A stretch of DNA of 64,000 bases from Capsulimonadales bacterium (GCA_033762295.1 JANRLW010000085.1:10604-74603); one strand, 5' to 3'; numbered from the stretch's first letter, positions 1 to 13,950 are shown. Numbers and translations: made by a program. The notes: generated by a model not told the origin, from the sequence alone.

Positions 1-160
1 GCGGTATCTCCTGCGGACGGATCAGGATCGCCGACAGTTCGGGATCGTCGATCGCCGGATGATAGGAACGTGACTCCACACGAATCGTCCAGCCCGCTTT
101 ATCGAAAAGGCGAATGGTCGCCTCCTGAAGACTTCCCTTCGGAAGACCGATTTTCAACAT
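1..160 (-). CDS. hisG: ATP phosphoribosyltransferase (5' part only; runs off window)
   Basis: Manual translation from ATG at 160: [53 protein letters not shown], a typical HisG N-terminus. Not in the ORF track. Confidence 0.85.
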   Translation of the reverse strand, partial: MLKIGLPKGSLQEATIRLFDKAGWTIRVESRSYHPAIDDPELSAILIRPQEIP

Positions 161-377
161 AAGAACGTTTCCCGGATTGCGGTCGGAACCGGAGGAAAGC
201 CGGAAGCCCGCCGTTTTCTGCAGTATACCACCGGGCGAACCGGAACGGACCGTCCCGAGGTCGCACGCCTCGCGCACGAACAGGGAGCGAATCGCCGTCG
301 TTTCGCGTCGTATAGGGGAGGAGGGTTCGCGCCTCACGGAATGTTTCGTGGGCGGGCCGGAACTTCCGATAAGTTTA

Positions 378-406
378 TGCTATATTATGAGTGTGACACA
401 CTAAAA
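378..406 (+). promoter_or_regulatory. Extended -10 promoter overlapped by HAIR-like (HspR) operator for hsp20-lon
   Basis: TGcTATATT at 378-386; TATGAGT-N7-ACTAAAA at 386-406 versus HAIR consensus CTTGAGT-N7-ACTCAAG. Confidence 0.5.
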
Positions 407-454
407 CAATTTCATAAACCATTCCACTTTGTGCGATCACGGGGACGAAACGTT

Positions 455-925
455 ATGGCCTGGCGAGATTATCGGGATCTGCTTCGACAGATGGACTTCG
501 ACATGGAACGCTTTACCGAAGAGGCGCTGATGAGCTTCCTCGATCATCCGATGGCGATGAGCCGCTTCTGGCAGCCGCCGGCGGATGTCCATGAAACGTC
601 GGCCGGAATCGTCATCAAGCTGGAAATCGCCGGGGTCACCGTTCAGGATGTCCAGGTGGCGCTCTCCGGTGACGGGCGGATGCTGACGGTTTCGGGGGTT
701 CGCTCCGAACAGAGGGATGAACGCGGGGAGCGCACCGGCTGCCATCAACTGGAAATCTATTTCGGACCGTTCGAGCGCAGTTTTGCGATCCCGCCGGATA
801 TGGAACCGGACCGGGACGCGATTCAGGCGACCTTGAAGGACGGTTTTCTGACGATCGTTCTGCCACGGCGCGAGCCCGCTCCGGCCGCGACACGGCAGAT
901 CCCGATCGAGGTGATTACGGACTGA
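455..925 (+). CDS. Hsp20/alpha-crystallin small heat shock protein
   Basis: WQPPADVHET, LEIAGV, LTVSGVR, EIYFGPFERSF, ATLKDGFLTIVLP; ATG at 455 preferred. Confidence 0.92.
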   Translation: MAWRDYRDLLRQMDFDMERFTEEALMSFLDHPMAMSRFWQPPADVHETSAGIVIKLEIAGVTVQDVQVALSGDGRMLTVSGVRSEQRDERGERTGCHQLEIYFGPFERSFAIPPDMEPDRDAIQATLKDGFLTIVLPRREPAPAATRQIPIEVITD

Positions 926-1025
926 CGCCACCCGATACCGGTCGACACCGGTCGACACCGGGCGGGCAGCCGACGGTCACGGAGACTCACACAACCGGGG
1001 TTATTGAGGAGAATCGCTGAAAACT

Positions 1026-3614
1026 ATGGAAAAAGATGAAAAAATCGCGGCCGTCGCCGCAACGGACGGAAACGTCCTTTCGCCCGACGGTAACAATATT
1101 ATCGAGCAGATCCAGCAGCGAGACGGCACGCCGGAGGTGCCGGACGAGCTGAGCCTGCTGCCCCTGCGCGATGCCGTGGTGTTCCCGATGCTGGTCGTCC
1201 CGATCGGGGTGGGCCGGGATCAGTTCGTCAAACTGGTCGACGATACGGTCGTGGATGGCAACCGGATCATCGGGATCGTCACCCAGCGCGCGCCGGATAC
1301 CGAAAACCCCGGACCGACGGATATCTATCCGACCGGCGTCGTGGTGGCCATCCGAATGATGGGCAAGGGCAACGACGCCACACGTCTGATCATTCAGGGC
1401 ATCCAGCGGTTCAAGATCCTGCAAATCACCCAGACGGAACCGTATATCCGTGCCCGGGTGCGCCTGATCGACGAGTCCGCGCAGATGGCGGAGGGCGATG
1501 CGATCGAGATCGAAGCCCTGAAGCGGCAGTTGGCCGGGCTGTTCGTCCGGGCGATCGAACTGTCGCCGAATATGGCCGACGAATTGAAGCAGATCGCGAC
1601 CATCGACGCCCCGCACATCATGACCGACCTGATGACGGCGCATCTGGGACGGCTCTCCACCGCGGACAAGATGACGATTCTGGAAACGCTGCCGGTCAAG
1701 GAGCGGATGAACCGTTTGCTCGGCCTGTTGACGCGCGAGGTGCAGGTGCTGGAACTCGGCGCGTCCCTGCACTCGCAGGTCGCCGGGGAGATGGGTAAAG
1801 CGCAACGGGACTACTACCTGCGCGAACAGCTGAAAGCGATCCAGAAGGAACTCGGGGAAAGCGATGACCGAACGGAGGATATCGCCGAACTCAAGAAGCG
1901 GCTGGACGAGGCGGGGCTTCCGGAGGAGGCGAAAAAGGAGGCCGACCGGGAACTCGACCGACTGCAGCGCATGTCGCCGGGCGCGCCGGAGTACTCCGTC
2001 GCCCGAACCTATATCGACCTGATGGCCTCGCTTCCCTGGAATCGAAGCACCGAGGACAACCTGGACATTCGGGAGGTCAAACGGGTGCTGGACGAGGATC
2101 ATTACGGTCTGGAAAAAGTGAAGGACCGGATTCTCGAGTACCTGTCGGTGCGGAAATTCAAGAAGGAGGGGCAGACACGACAGCCGATCCTCTGTCTGGT
2201 CGGCCCGCCGGGCGTCGGTAAGACGTCCCTGGGCCGCTCGATCGCGCGCGCCCTGGGGAAAAAGTTCTACCGGCTTTCGCTCGGTGGCGTCCGGGACGAA
2301 GCGGAGATTCGCGGACACCGCCGCACCTATATCGGCGCGATGCCCGGCCAGATCGTTCAGGGGCTGAAGCGGGCCGAGACGAATAACCCGCTGTTCGTTC
2401 TGGATGAGATCGATAAGGTGAGCAGCGACTTCCGCGGAGACCCGTCCTCGGCGCTACTCGAAGTGCTCGACCCGGAGCAGAACGGTTCCTTCCGCGATAA
2501 CTATCTGGACGTTCCGTTCGACCTGTCGCGGGTGCTGTTCATGTGTACGGCCAACCAGCTGGACACCATTCAGGGGCCGCTGCGCGACCGTATGGAGATC
2601 ATCGAGATCGCCGGTTACACGGAGGAGGAGAAGGTCGCGATCGCCCGACAGCACCTCGTGCCGAAGCAGATCGGCGAACACGGCCTGGACCCGGAACAGG
2701 TGATCTTCACCGACGACGGGTTGCGGAGTCTGGTCCGCGGGTACACGCGTGAAGCGGGCGTTCGTAGCCTGGAACGGGAGATCGCGGCGGTCTGCCGCAA
2801 GGTCACGCGCGGCTTCGCCGAGGGGACGATCGAGACCGTGACCGTCGATGCCGGGAAGGTTGCGGAGTACCTGGGTGCGCCCCGCTTCGAGTTCGAGGAG
2901 ATCGAGGAGCGTACCGGCGAGCCGGGGGTCGTCAACGGACTCGTCTGGACCCCGGTCGGCGGCGATGTCATCTTCATCGAGGCACAGAAGATGGAGGGGT
3001 CGAAGAACCTTCAACTGACCGGGCAGCTGGGCAACGTCATGCAGGAATCGGCAAGAACCGCGCTCTCGTTTGTCCGCGCCCATGCCAGCGACTTCGGCAT
3101 CGATCCGAAATTCTGGAACGATACGGAGATCCATGTCCACGTTCCGGCGGGAGCGATTCCGAAGGATGGGCCATCGGCGGGGGTGACCATGACGACGGCG
3201 ATGACCTCCTTGCTGTCGGGACGACCGGTGAAGCCGGCGCTGGCCATGACCGGCGAGGTGACGTTGACCGGAAAGGTGCTGCCGGTCGGCGGCATCAAGG
3301 AGAAGGTGCTGGCCGCCAAACGCGCCGGAATCCGGACAGTGATTCTGCCGGAGAGGAATCGGAAGGATCTCGAGGAGGATATTCCCACCTCGCTCCGGGA
3401 GGGGATGACGTTCGTTTTTGCCCGGACGGTGAACGAAGTGCTGGAATATGCCCTGGAACCGACGCAAAAACCGAAACGGATCAAGGTCACGGATCGAAAC
3501 AGCGGGGCGGAAAAGGCCGAGGTTCGCTCCTCGACGGCCGGTCTGCCGATTCCCGCCGATCGACCGCAGCCGACCGCACCCCCGGCTTCGGCCCGTGGAC
3601 GGAAGCGTCCCTGA
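1026..3614 (+). CDS. lon: Lon (endopeptidase La) ATP-dependent protease
   Basis: LON N-domain (LLPLRDAVVFP), Walker A GPPGVGKTS, LDEIDK, catalytic PKDGPSAG Ser and downstream Lys. Confidence 0.97.
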   Translation: MEKDEKIAAVAATDGNVLSPDGNNIIEQIQQRDGTPEVPDELSLLPLRDAVVFPMLVVPIGVGRDQFVKLVDDTVVDGNRIIGIVTQRAPDTENPGPTDIYPTGVVVAIRMMGKGNDATRLIIQGIQRFKILQITQTEPYIRARVRLIDESAQMAEGDAIEIEALKRQLAGLFVRAIELSPNMADELKQIATIDAPHIMTDLMTAHLGRLSTADKMTILETLPVKERMNRLLGLLTREVQVLELGASLHSQVAGEMGKAQRDYYLREQLKAIQKELGESDDRTEDIAELKKRLDEAGLPEEAKKEADRELDRLQRMSPGAPEYSVARTYIDLMASLPWNRSTEDNLDIREVKRVLDEDHYGLEKVKDRILEYLSVRKFKKEGQTRQPILCLVGPPGVGKTSLGRSIARALGKKFYRLSLGGVRDEAEIRGHRRTYIGAMPGQIVQGLKRAETNNPLFVLDEIDKVSSDFRGDPSSALLEVLDPEQNGSFRDNYLDVPFDLSRVLFMCTANQLDTIQGPLRDRMEIIEIAGYTEEEKVAIARQHLVPKQIGEHGLDPEQVIFTDDGLRSLVRGYTREAGVRSLEREIAAVCRKVTRGFAEGTIETVTVDAGKVAEYLGAPRFEFEEIEERTGEPGVVNGLVWTPVGGDVIFIEAQKMEGSKNLQLTGQLGNVMQESARTALSFVRAHASDFGIDPKFWNDTEIHVHVPAGAIPKDGPSAGVTMTTAMTSLLSGRPVKPALAMTGEVTLTGKVLPVGGIKEKVLAAKRAGIRTVILPERNRKDLEEDIPTSLREGMTFVFARTVNEVLEYALEPTQKPKRIKVTDRNSGAEKAEVRSSTAGLPIPADRPQPTAPPASARGRKRP

Positions 3615-3637
3615 GCCGACCTGAGCGGGAACACCTG

Positions 3638-3680
3638 GGCGGTGCGGGCGATGTAACATCGCCCGCACCGCCGTTTCATT
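3638..3680 (+). terminator. Hairpin terminator after lon
   Basis: GGCGGTGCGGGCGATG-TAA-CATCGCCCGCACCGCC followed by GTTTCATT. Confidence 0.7.
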
Positions 3681-3730
3681 GTTTCAGCCAAATTTTCAGA
3701 AAATCATTCCGTTTACTGAGACAACAATCC

Positions 3731-3759
3731 TTGACACCGAAAAAGGCCGGTGCTATAAT
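3731..3759 (+). promoter_or_regulatory. Consensus sigma70 promoter
   Basis: TTGACA (3731-3736), 17 nt spacer, TATAAT (3754-3759) with TG extension. Confidence 0.8.
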
Positions 3760-4022
3760 CCGCGATAAGGAGTAAGACCAACGGCGGCTTTTTTCTCTCC
3801 GTTCCTCGCTTTTGTTCGCTCCAGGGTCGCTTTCGGCAGGTCGGATGCATCGATTCGCATTCGGCATTCACGGCATGGCGCCGTTCGACAGGGCTGTCCT
3901 TTGATTGAAGCGGGCTGGAACCGTTTCATCCCCTTCCGAACCCGCCTCCCCGTTCGCCGAACGCTACCCGACTTCGGGCGGTTTTCGCCGCCCTCGATGC
4001 CATCATTTCGGAAAGGTGCACT

Positions 4023-4877
4023 ATGTCGTCACAAAATCGTCGCTCGCCGCAAGGCGCCTTCACCCTGATCGAACTGCTCGTCGTCATCGCTATCATCGCC
4101 ATCCTGGCCGCGATCCTTTTCCCCGTCTTCGCCCAGGCGCGGGAAAAAGCCCGCCAGACCTCCTGTCTCTCCAACCTGAAGCAGCTGACTCTCGGCTGGA
4201 TCATGTACGCCCAGGACTATGATGAGAACTTCCCGCAGTGGAAGTGGGGCGAGAACTTCAAGTCCTCCTGGGGCGATCAGGGCAGCGTCAGCCCCAATAA
4301 CGCCACCACCCTCTGGACCAACGCGATCTTCCCGTACGTTAAGAACGCTCAGGTTTATTACTGCCCGTCCGATGCTCGTGGCCTCTCCGGTCGCGATACC
4401 TTCGGCGGCTGGTTTGTCTGGGATGACACGCTGATCGGCTTCCCGCTGGTGCTTCAGGAGGCCAAGATGAGCTATGGCGCCAATGAACCCATCACCGACG
4501 GTCGCACCGGACTCGCCGCCATGGATCGCCCGGCGGAATCCTTCCTGATCGCCGACATGAACACCCCGCTCTCCGGTTGGGCAGGCTTCGATAACTGGGT
4601 CGCCGCCGAAAATGCGAACGCCCCCGCCGATGATCCCCGCCGCACCAATGTCATCATGCGCATCGCCTTCCCGAAGGGTCCGGCCTGCCTCGGAACTCCG
4701 TTCAGCGATAATGGTGGCGATCTCTACTATAACCAGAGCCCGACCCTGGCCCAGTTGACCCCGAACGCCGATACCTGCGCCCGCCATAGCAATGGCAACA
4801 ATATCGGTTTCGCCGACGGCCACGTCAAATTCACCCAGGCGAAGGCGACCCTGAACCGCCTCTATGGCGTGAAGTAA
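4023..4877 (+). CDS. DUF1559 prepilin-type N-terminal cleavage/methylation protein with H-X9-DG motif
   Basis: [44 protein letters not shown]-terminal [16 protein letters not shown]. Confidence 0.93.
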   Translation: MSSQNRRSPQGAFTLIELLVVIAIIAILAAILFPVFAQAREKARQTSCLSNLKQLTLGWIMYAQDYDENFPQWKWGENFKSSWGDQGSVSPNNATTLWTNAIFPYVKNAQVYYCPSDARGLSGRDTFGGWFVWDDTLIGFPLVLQEAKMSYGANEPITDGRTGLAAMDRPAESFLIADMNTPLSGWAGFDNWVAAENANAPADDPRRTNVIMRIAFPKGPACLGTPFSDNGGDLYYNQSPTLAQLTPNADTCARHSNGNNIGFADGHVKFTQAKATLNRLYGVK

Positions 4878-4903
4878 CCCGCGCAACGACGCGTTAGGCA
4901 TCC

Positions 4904-4934
4904 GAATGCCCGTTCCGGGAGGGAACGGGCATTC
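4904..4934 (+). terminator. Intergenic stem-loop (terminator or mRNA stabiliser)
   Basis: GAATGCCCGTTCC-GGGAG-GGAACGGGCATTC; no U-tract. Confidence 0.5.
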
Positions 4935-4956
4935 ATACGACCTTCAAGGAAAGATC

Positions 4957-5151
4957 ATGAAATCGGACCACTTCCGCCCGTTCATCGGCGGTCTGCTGAT
5001 GGCTGCCCTCTGCTTCCTGCCGGTTGCCGGTTGCCAGGATCCGGGGAACGAACCGGTCAAGGATGGCAAGACGGTTACCAGCGACCGGGAAGCGATGCAA
5101 AAGATGTATCGAAACACACGCTCCGGTCAGGGGACGGTCACCCCCCAATAA
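4957..5151 (+). CDS. Small lipoprotein (64 aa)
   Basis: AAGGA SD; MKSDHFRPFIGGLLMAALCFLPVAG|C lipobox, then a short polar tail. Confidence 0.7.
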   Translation: MKSDHFRPFIGGLLMAALCFLPVAGCQDPGNEPVKDGKTVTSDREAMQKMYRNTRSGQGTVTPQ

Positions 5152-5166
5152 TCCGTTTGCGACACC

Positions 5167-6486
5167 ATGAACGACCTGATGCGATCCTCCCCGTCCTCTC
5201 CCGCTTCTCCCTCCGGTCGACGGCCGCTCCTCTGGGCACTGCTCGGCGTCGCCGCCCTTGCCTATCTTCTCTCGCTTCCCTGGCAACGTCAGCAGTGGGA
5301 GAATACGCGCAAGATCCGGGAGGAGAACGCCCTACAGGAGGCGCGTATTCGGGAGATCCGGAGTCAGCAGGAGAGTGTACGGACCGCGGAAACGCAGATG
5401 GCGACCGGCGGGGGCGATATCAATACGCAACTCTCCGGGATTCGTGCCGTTCTCTCCCGTGGAGATACCGTTCGCGCCGGAAAACTCCTGACCGAGATCG
5501 AGCGGACAGCCTTCGGAACGCCCGGTGCTGCGCCCAACGGTCCGCTTGCGGCGGCGCTGGCCGGCCTGTTTCAGGATGCGGGATGGATCGACCGCGCCCT
5601 GGTCAACGCTCAACGCGCCCATGACACCGACCCGAACAACATCGAGTTTCTTCTGCGACTGGGCGTGATCGAAGCGCAGATCGCCTGGCAGAAGGAGTGC
5701 CGCGCCCATATCGAAACCGCGCGCCGGGCCGCTCCGACCGCCGCCGAACCCCGTATCGCCCTGGCGCTTCTCTGTGACCAGGTAGGCGCGCTGAAAGAAG
5801 GGGAGCAGGAGCTCCTGGCCGCCGATCGTCTTCGCCCGGACGACGAAAATATTCTGCGCCTCCTGTTCCGTAACCGGATGAGCCAGCGGGAGTACGCGGC
5901 GGCGCTGGAAACGGCGGAAAAGGGTCTCCGACGGTTCCCGACCTCGACCGGCTTCCTCGCCGGACGCGCGGAGGCACTGATCGAACAGGCGCTCAGCATC
6001 CCCGGAAAACCCGATACGGCGCGTCTGCGAACGGCCCTCGAAGCGGCGCAAAAATACCGCAGGCTCGCTCCGGACAGTATGGAGGCGCGCTTCTTTCTGG
6101 GCCGTATCCATCAGGGACTGGGAGACGACGAAAACGCCCGGCGCGAATGGGAGATCGTTTTCGCCTCGCGTGAAAAGAACGCCGCCCTGGCGATCAATCT
6201 GGGACGGCTACTGGTACGCAACGGTGAGCGGGAACGCGGTCGACAGTTGATCGAGGCCGGGGAGAAGCAACGCGCCGAGGGTACGGACTATAACCGCCTC
6301 CTGATTACCGCCGGCATGATGCGAAACGACGCGGAAAAACAGCGGGAGTTCGCTCGCTGGTGTCAGACGCGCCGCCGTTACTCCCATGCCATCTTCGGCT
6401 GGGATCAGGTATTGAAAGTCCGGCCGGACGACGTCGAAGCCCGTCGCGAACGCGAAACCTGCGTCCGCCGACGGGTCGACGGATAA
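5167..6486 (+). CDS. Membrane-anchored tetratricopeptide-repeat protein
   Basis: N-terminal TM (LLWALLGVAALAYLL), coiled coil, multiple TPR-like repeats (e.g. APDSMEARFFLGRIHQGLG). Confidence 0.8.
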   Translation: MNDLMRSSPSSPASPSGRRPLLWALLGVAALAYLLSLPWQRQQWENTRKIREENALQEARIREIRSQQESVRTAETQMATGGGDINTQLSGIRAVLSRGDTVRAGKLLTEIERTAFGTPGAAPNGPLAAALAGLFQDAGWIDRALVNAQRAHDTDPNNIEFLLRLGVIEAQIAWQKECRAHIETARRAAPTAAEPRIALALLCDQVGALKEGEQELLAADRLRPDDENILRLLFRNRMSQREYAAALETAEKGLRRFPTSTGFLAGRAEALIEQALSIPGKPDTARLRTALEAAQKYRRLAPDSMEARFFLGRIHQGLGDDENARREWEIVFASREKNAALAINLGRLLVRNGERERGRQLIEAGEKQRAEGTDYNRLLITAGMMRNDAEKQREFARWCQTRRRYSHAIFGWDQVLKVRPDDVEARRERETCVRRRVDG

Positions 6487-6503
6487 CCTGGCGAACGGGG
6501 ACG

Positions 6504-7496
6504 TTATCCGCCCGGCGCGGGCGTAAACTCCGTCGTCGGCACCTGCGGGACCTCCTCCGCCTCGCCTTCGGCGGGTGGCTCTTCCCGTATGCTCTTCATG
6601 ACGCGCAGAAAGACCGGCTTCACCTTACTCCATTCGGCTTCCGGGCAGTGACAGACGACGGAGGCGATATACGCGCCCCCACCGAACACTCCCCGGAAGC
6701 CGTGCACCTTTCCGCCCAGCCGGTACCAGGGTTCGCTGGCGGTGAACTCGTACAGCCGGACATCCGGTTCCATATCCACCCGGATATTCGCCGCCGCTCC
6801 CATCGCCGCCAGTTCCTTCAATCCTTCCGTGGAGGCCATTTCGCTGTCGACGTCCTTTTGCTGTGTCTCCCGGTAGTGGATGTACCGGCCGGCAATCCCC
6901 TTCCTCTGCAGGCGGGCGACCGTTCCGGCGTTGCCCTTGCCGGTCATCGCGCCGGGGGTGATCTCGCCGCCGAAGAGCAGTTGTCCGTGTGCCAATCCGG
7001 CCACGGTGCTCATCGTGATCTCCATGCGGGCGCTGCCCGAACGCAATATCAGCCCGTTTTCCTGCGACGACAGAGGCACCCCGGCGGCTTCCCCGGTCGC
7101 CTTCGCCTCCCACCCCTTCGGCGTCTCGCAGGTGAAGGAGTGATCGGCAGCCGAAAATGGTTGGTATTCCCGAACGTCGCTCGCCGGCCGGGGCAGTTGC
7201 GAGACGACGTACGCGGCGAGGACGATCACTGCCAGCAGGGCGCCGCCACCGAACAGCATTGCCCGGACACGCGGTCCGTTATCCTGCGCCTCCTCCTCTT
7301 CGATCACCCGCCGCAGATTCCGGGCGGGGTCCGGCGGGGTGTTGTCCGTGGACGGCGCGGCCGTTCGCAGGTAGGCATCCGCCGGGGGCGTCGGGGCGGG
7401 TGGCGTCTCCTCTTTTTCGATCTTCCCGCCTTTTTCGGTCTTCCCGCCGATCGGCTGCAATCCGACCGGTTTCAACAGGTCCCGGGGGTCGCTCAT
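6504..7496 (-). CDS. Single-pass membrane protein, possible PsbP/DcrB-like extracytoplasmic domain
   Basis: GGAGGAG SD before ATG 7496; TM helix; FSAADHSFTCETPKGW and C-terminal PEAEWSKVKPVFLRVMKSI resemble PsbP-fold ends. Confidence 0.6.
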   Translation of the reverse strand: MSDPRDLLKPVGLQPIGGKTEKGGKIEKEETPPAPTPPADAYLRTAAPSTDNTPPDPARNLRRVIEEEEAQDNGPRVRAMLFGGGALLAVIVLAAYVVSQLPRPASDVREYQPFSAADHSFTCETPKGWEAKATGEAAGVPLSSQENGLILRSGSARMEITMSTVAGLAHGQLLFGGEITPGAMTGKGNAGTVARLQRKGIAGRYIHYRETQQKDVDSEMASTEGLKELAAMGAAANIRVDMEPDVRLYEFTASEPWYRLGGKVHGFRGVFGGGAYIASVVCHCPEAEWSKVKPVFLRVMKSIREEPPAEGEAEEVPQVPTTEFTPAPGG

Positions 7497-7750
7497 GTCT
7501 CTCCTCCGAAAGTGAGGCATTCCTCGTTGGTACGGTCGGTACGGTCGATGCGAGCGGCCATTCCGCTCCCTGTCCGCCGACCAAACGACAGACACGCACT
7601 CCGCCCCGTCGGTTACATCGACGATGCTCCGGCAGGATTTATGGTCTCGATGTTCGAAAAGGATTTCGGCGTCCGTTTTGCTGAGTTTCCGTAATGCCGT
7701 TCGACGGTAAGTGACGGTAAGGAACCTGATCGTTCCGAAAGGAAGGGACT

Positions 7751-8236
7751 ATGGAAAAGCCAGCAAAGAACACGATTTGTCTGTGGTACGACGGAGACGC
7801 CGAGAACGCCGCGCGATTTTATGCCGAGACATTTCCGGACTCAGCGGTCCGCGCGGTACACCGCGCCCCGGGAGATTTTCCGTCCGGGAAGCAAGGGGAT
7901 GTCATGACGGTCGAGTTTACGGTGATGGGGATCCCCTGCCTCGGCCTTAACGGCGGACCGGCGTTCAAGCACAACGAAGCCTTTTCGTTTCAGGTCGCCA
8001 CCGCGGACCAGGCGGAAACGGATCGTTACTGGAACGCTATCGTCGGGAATGGCGGCGAGGAGAGCGCGTGCGGTTGGTGCAAGGACAAGTGGGGATTATC
8101 CTGGCAGATCACGCCGGTCGCTCTGACGGAAGCCATCACCGATCCGGACCCCGCTGTCGCCGGACGGGCATTTGAAGCGATGATGCGGATGAAAAAGATC
8201 GACATCGCGACCATCGAGGACGCTCGTCGCGGTTGA
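7751..8236 (+). CDS. VOC/PhnB-like protein (3-demethylubiquinone-9 3-methyltransferase family)
   Basis: ICLWYDGDAENAARFY, LNGGPAF, CGWCKDKWGLSWQI, MMRMKKIDIA. Confidence 0.92.
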   Translation: MEKPAKNTICLWYDGDAENAARFYAETFPDSAVRAVHRAPGDFPSGKQGDVMTVEFTVMGIPCLGLNGGPAFKHNEAFSFQVATADQAETDRYWNAIVGNGGEESACGWCKDKWGLSWQITPVALTEAITDPDPAVAGRAFEAMMRMKKIDIATIEDARRG

Positions 8237-8314
8237 AGGGGCATCGGGCGATCGCTCGGGTGCTGACGACCGCACTACCCGCACCGTTTTTCCGCTCCCG
8301 GAAGGAGAACAGGG

Positions 8315-9157
8315 ATGTCAGAAATGTCGGAGTCAGCACCGCTACCGGATCTATCGTCGGAGTATCCGCTCACGGACGAGCAGGTCGCCTATTTCCGGGA
8401 GAACGGTCACGTTTTTCTGCCCGGCGTCTGCACGCCGGAGGAGGTCGTGGCTTTCGCTCCGATCATCACGGACGCGGCGCAGCGATTTGCCTACCCGCAA
8501 AAGCCGATGGAGGAGCGGGATGTCTTCGGCAAAGCGTTCACCCTGATCGGCGGCATCTGGAATCGGGACGAGAACGTCGCCCGGTTCACCCGCGCCCGCC
8601 GGTTCGCCCGGATCGCCGCCCGTCTGATGGGAGTTCCCGGCGTCCGTCTGTACCATGATGTCGCCATCAACAAGGAGCCGGGCGGCGGACCGACTCCCTA
8701 TCACCAGGACGCCTACTACTGGCCGATGGACACGCCGAACACGGTGACGATGTGGATGCCGCTGGTCGATATCACCTACGAGATGGGCGGTCTGGACTTC
8801 GCGAGCGGATCGCATCAAGCCGGCTACCTTGGCGACGGCATTTCGGAGACCTCGCAGGAGTATTATGAGCGGATCATCGACCGGCGGGGCTATGAAGTCG
8901 TCAGTCATGCGCGCGACCATGGCGGAATGCGCGCGGGCGATGCCACGTTCCATGCCGGCTGGACGCTGCACGCCGCCCCGGGCAACCCGTCCGGAACCGC
9001 GCGTCAGGTGATGACGGTTGTTCTCTACGAGGACGGCGTCCCTACCTACCGGGACATGGGCAACCCCCACCGTGAGTGGGACTTTAAAACCTATATGCCG
9101 GGAGTGACCCCCGGAGAGTTGGCCGCCAGCCCGCTGAACCCGGTCGTCTATCCTTGA
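8315..9157 (+). CDS. Phytanoyl-CoA dioxygenase (PhyH) family Fe(II)/2-oxoglutarate enzyme
   Basis: KEPGGGPTPYHQD (HxD), TMWMPL, GDATFHAGWTLHAAPGN. Confidence 0.9.
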   Translation: MSEMSESAPLPDLSSEYPLTDEQVAYFRENGHVFLPGVCTPEEVVAFAPIITDAAQRFAYPQKPMEERDVFGKAFTLIGGIWNRDENVARFTRARRFARIAARLMGVPGVRLYHDVAINKEPGGGPTPYHQDAYYWPMDTPNTVTMWMPLVDITYEMGGLDFASGSHQAGYLGDGISETSQEYYERIIDRRGYEVVSHARDHGGMRAGDATFHAGWTLHAAPGNPSGTARQVMTVVLYEDGVPTYRDMGNPHREWDFKTYMPGVTPGELAASPLNPVVYP

Positions 9158-9252
9158 TTTGGCCCACATCTACCGTGTTCACCACTACGGACAGGCAGAA
9201 CCGGAACCGAATCGGGCGTCACCCCGGAACACAATTCCTCATCTAACGAAAC

Positions 9253-9873
9253 CTATTCCGCCTCGGGCGGGGGCAGAAGGTCCGTGACAGCGATTCGGGA
9301 ATCGGGTTGGGTCAGCGGCGTCACTGTTTCCCCTTCCCGGAAAACCTGCACGTTGCCGTATGCGAAACCGGGCGACAGGTCCGGCACGGCGACCGGGTTA
9401 CGCCGCACCTCGACCTGTCGGTCGATCAGGTTGATGATCCAATAATCGGCGATTCCCGCCTCCGCATAAATTGACGACTTGCGGTTCCGGTCAAAGGAAA
9501 GCGTCGTATCCGAAACCTCAACGATCAGTAAAACATCGTCCGGTGTCGGCTGTCGTCGGATAAAGTCCTGCGGTCTTCCGCGAACGACGCAGATATCCGG
9601 TTCCGGTTCGCCGTTCTCCGACAACGCAATCGGAAGTTGCGCACGAACGGAAACCTCCTCGCCGAACGCGTGCCGGATAATATCAGGACTGATCATCAGG
9701 CAAAAGGAATGCAATGGGTTCTGTCCCATTCTCGTTATGATTTCTCCCGCGATCAGTTCGGTGCGCTCTTCAGGGCCGATAAAACCCATCTCGTGGAGAC
9801 GATGGTATGCCTCCCGGGTCCAGCGAAACGGTTGCCCCCCTTGCCCGGGAGTTGTTATGGATTTCACCGCCAT
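9253..9873 (-). CDS. Uma2 (DUF820) family endonuclease-fold protein
   Basis: ELIAGEI, EPEPDICVV, LLIVEVSDTTLSFDRNRK, YAEAGIADYWIINL. Confidence 0.92.
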   Translation of the reverse strand: MAVKSITTPGQGGQPFRWTREAYHRLHEMGFIGPEERTELIAGEIITRMGQNPLHSFCLMISPDIIRHAFGEEVSVRAQLPIALSENGEPEPDICVVRGRPQDFIRRQPTPDDVLLIVEVSDTTLSFDRNRKSSIYAEAGIADYWIINLIDRQVEVRRNPVAVPDLSPGFAYGNVQVFREGETVTPLTQPDSRIAVTDLLPPPEAE

Positions 9874-9986
9874 ATAGTTCCCTTTCGAAACCACGGGACA
9901 ACCGGTTGCTCCGTCGGTGATGGTCACGGCATTAGAGCATGCTCCTGATGATCCGGCGCTTCGTCATTGTCCCAAGAGGGCATTCC

Positions 9987-13772
<3,786 letters not shown>

Positions 13773-13950
13773 GTCTACCTACCATCCTGTTCCGGAAGTG
13801 AAGTGTGGGTTAGGGGCAAAAGAGGCCCGGACAGTCCCGGCATCGGGGCAAACGCGGCGGTGCGTCTCGATTATTCCCACTTCTACCTATTGTAACACAT
13901 ACCCCTGTATCGGCGGACACGGATACTTTGTCAAACCCGAGGAGCGATTC

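Noticed and set aside
13773..13950. Possible SAM/SAH/cobalamin riboswitch upstream of metH
   Set aside because: No conserved riboswitch core recognised; only an extended -10 (TGTTACAAT) is evident.
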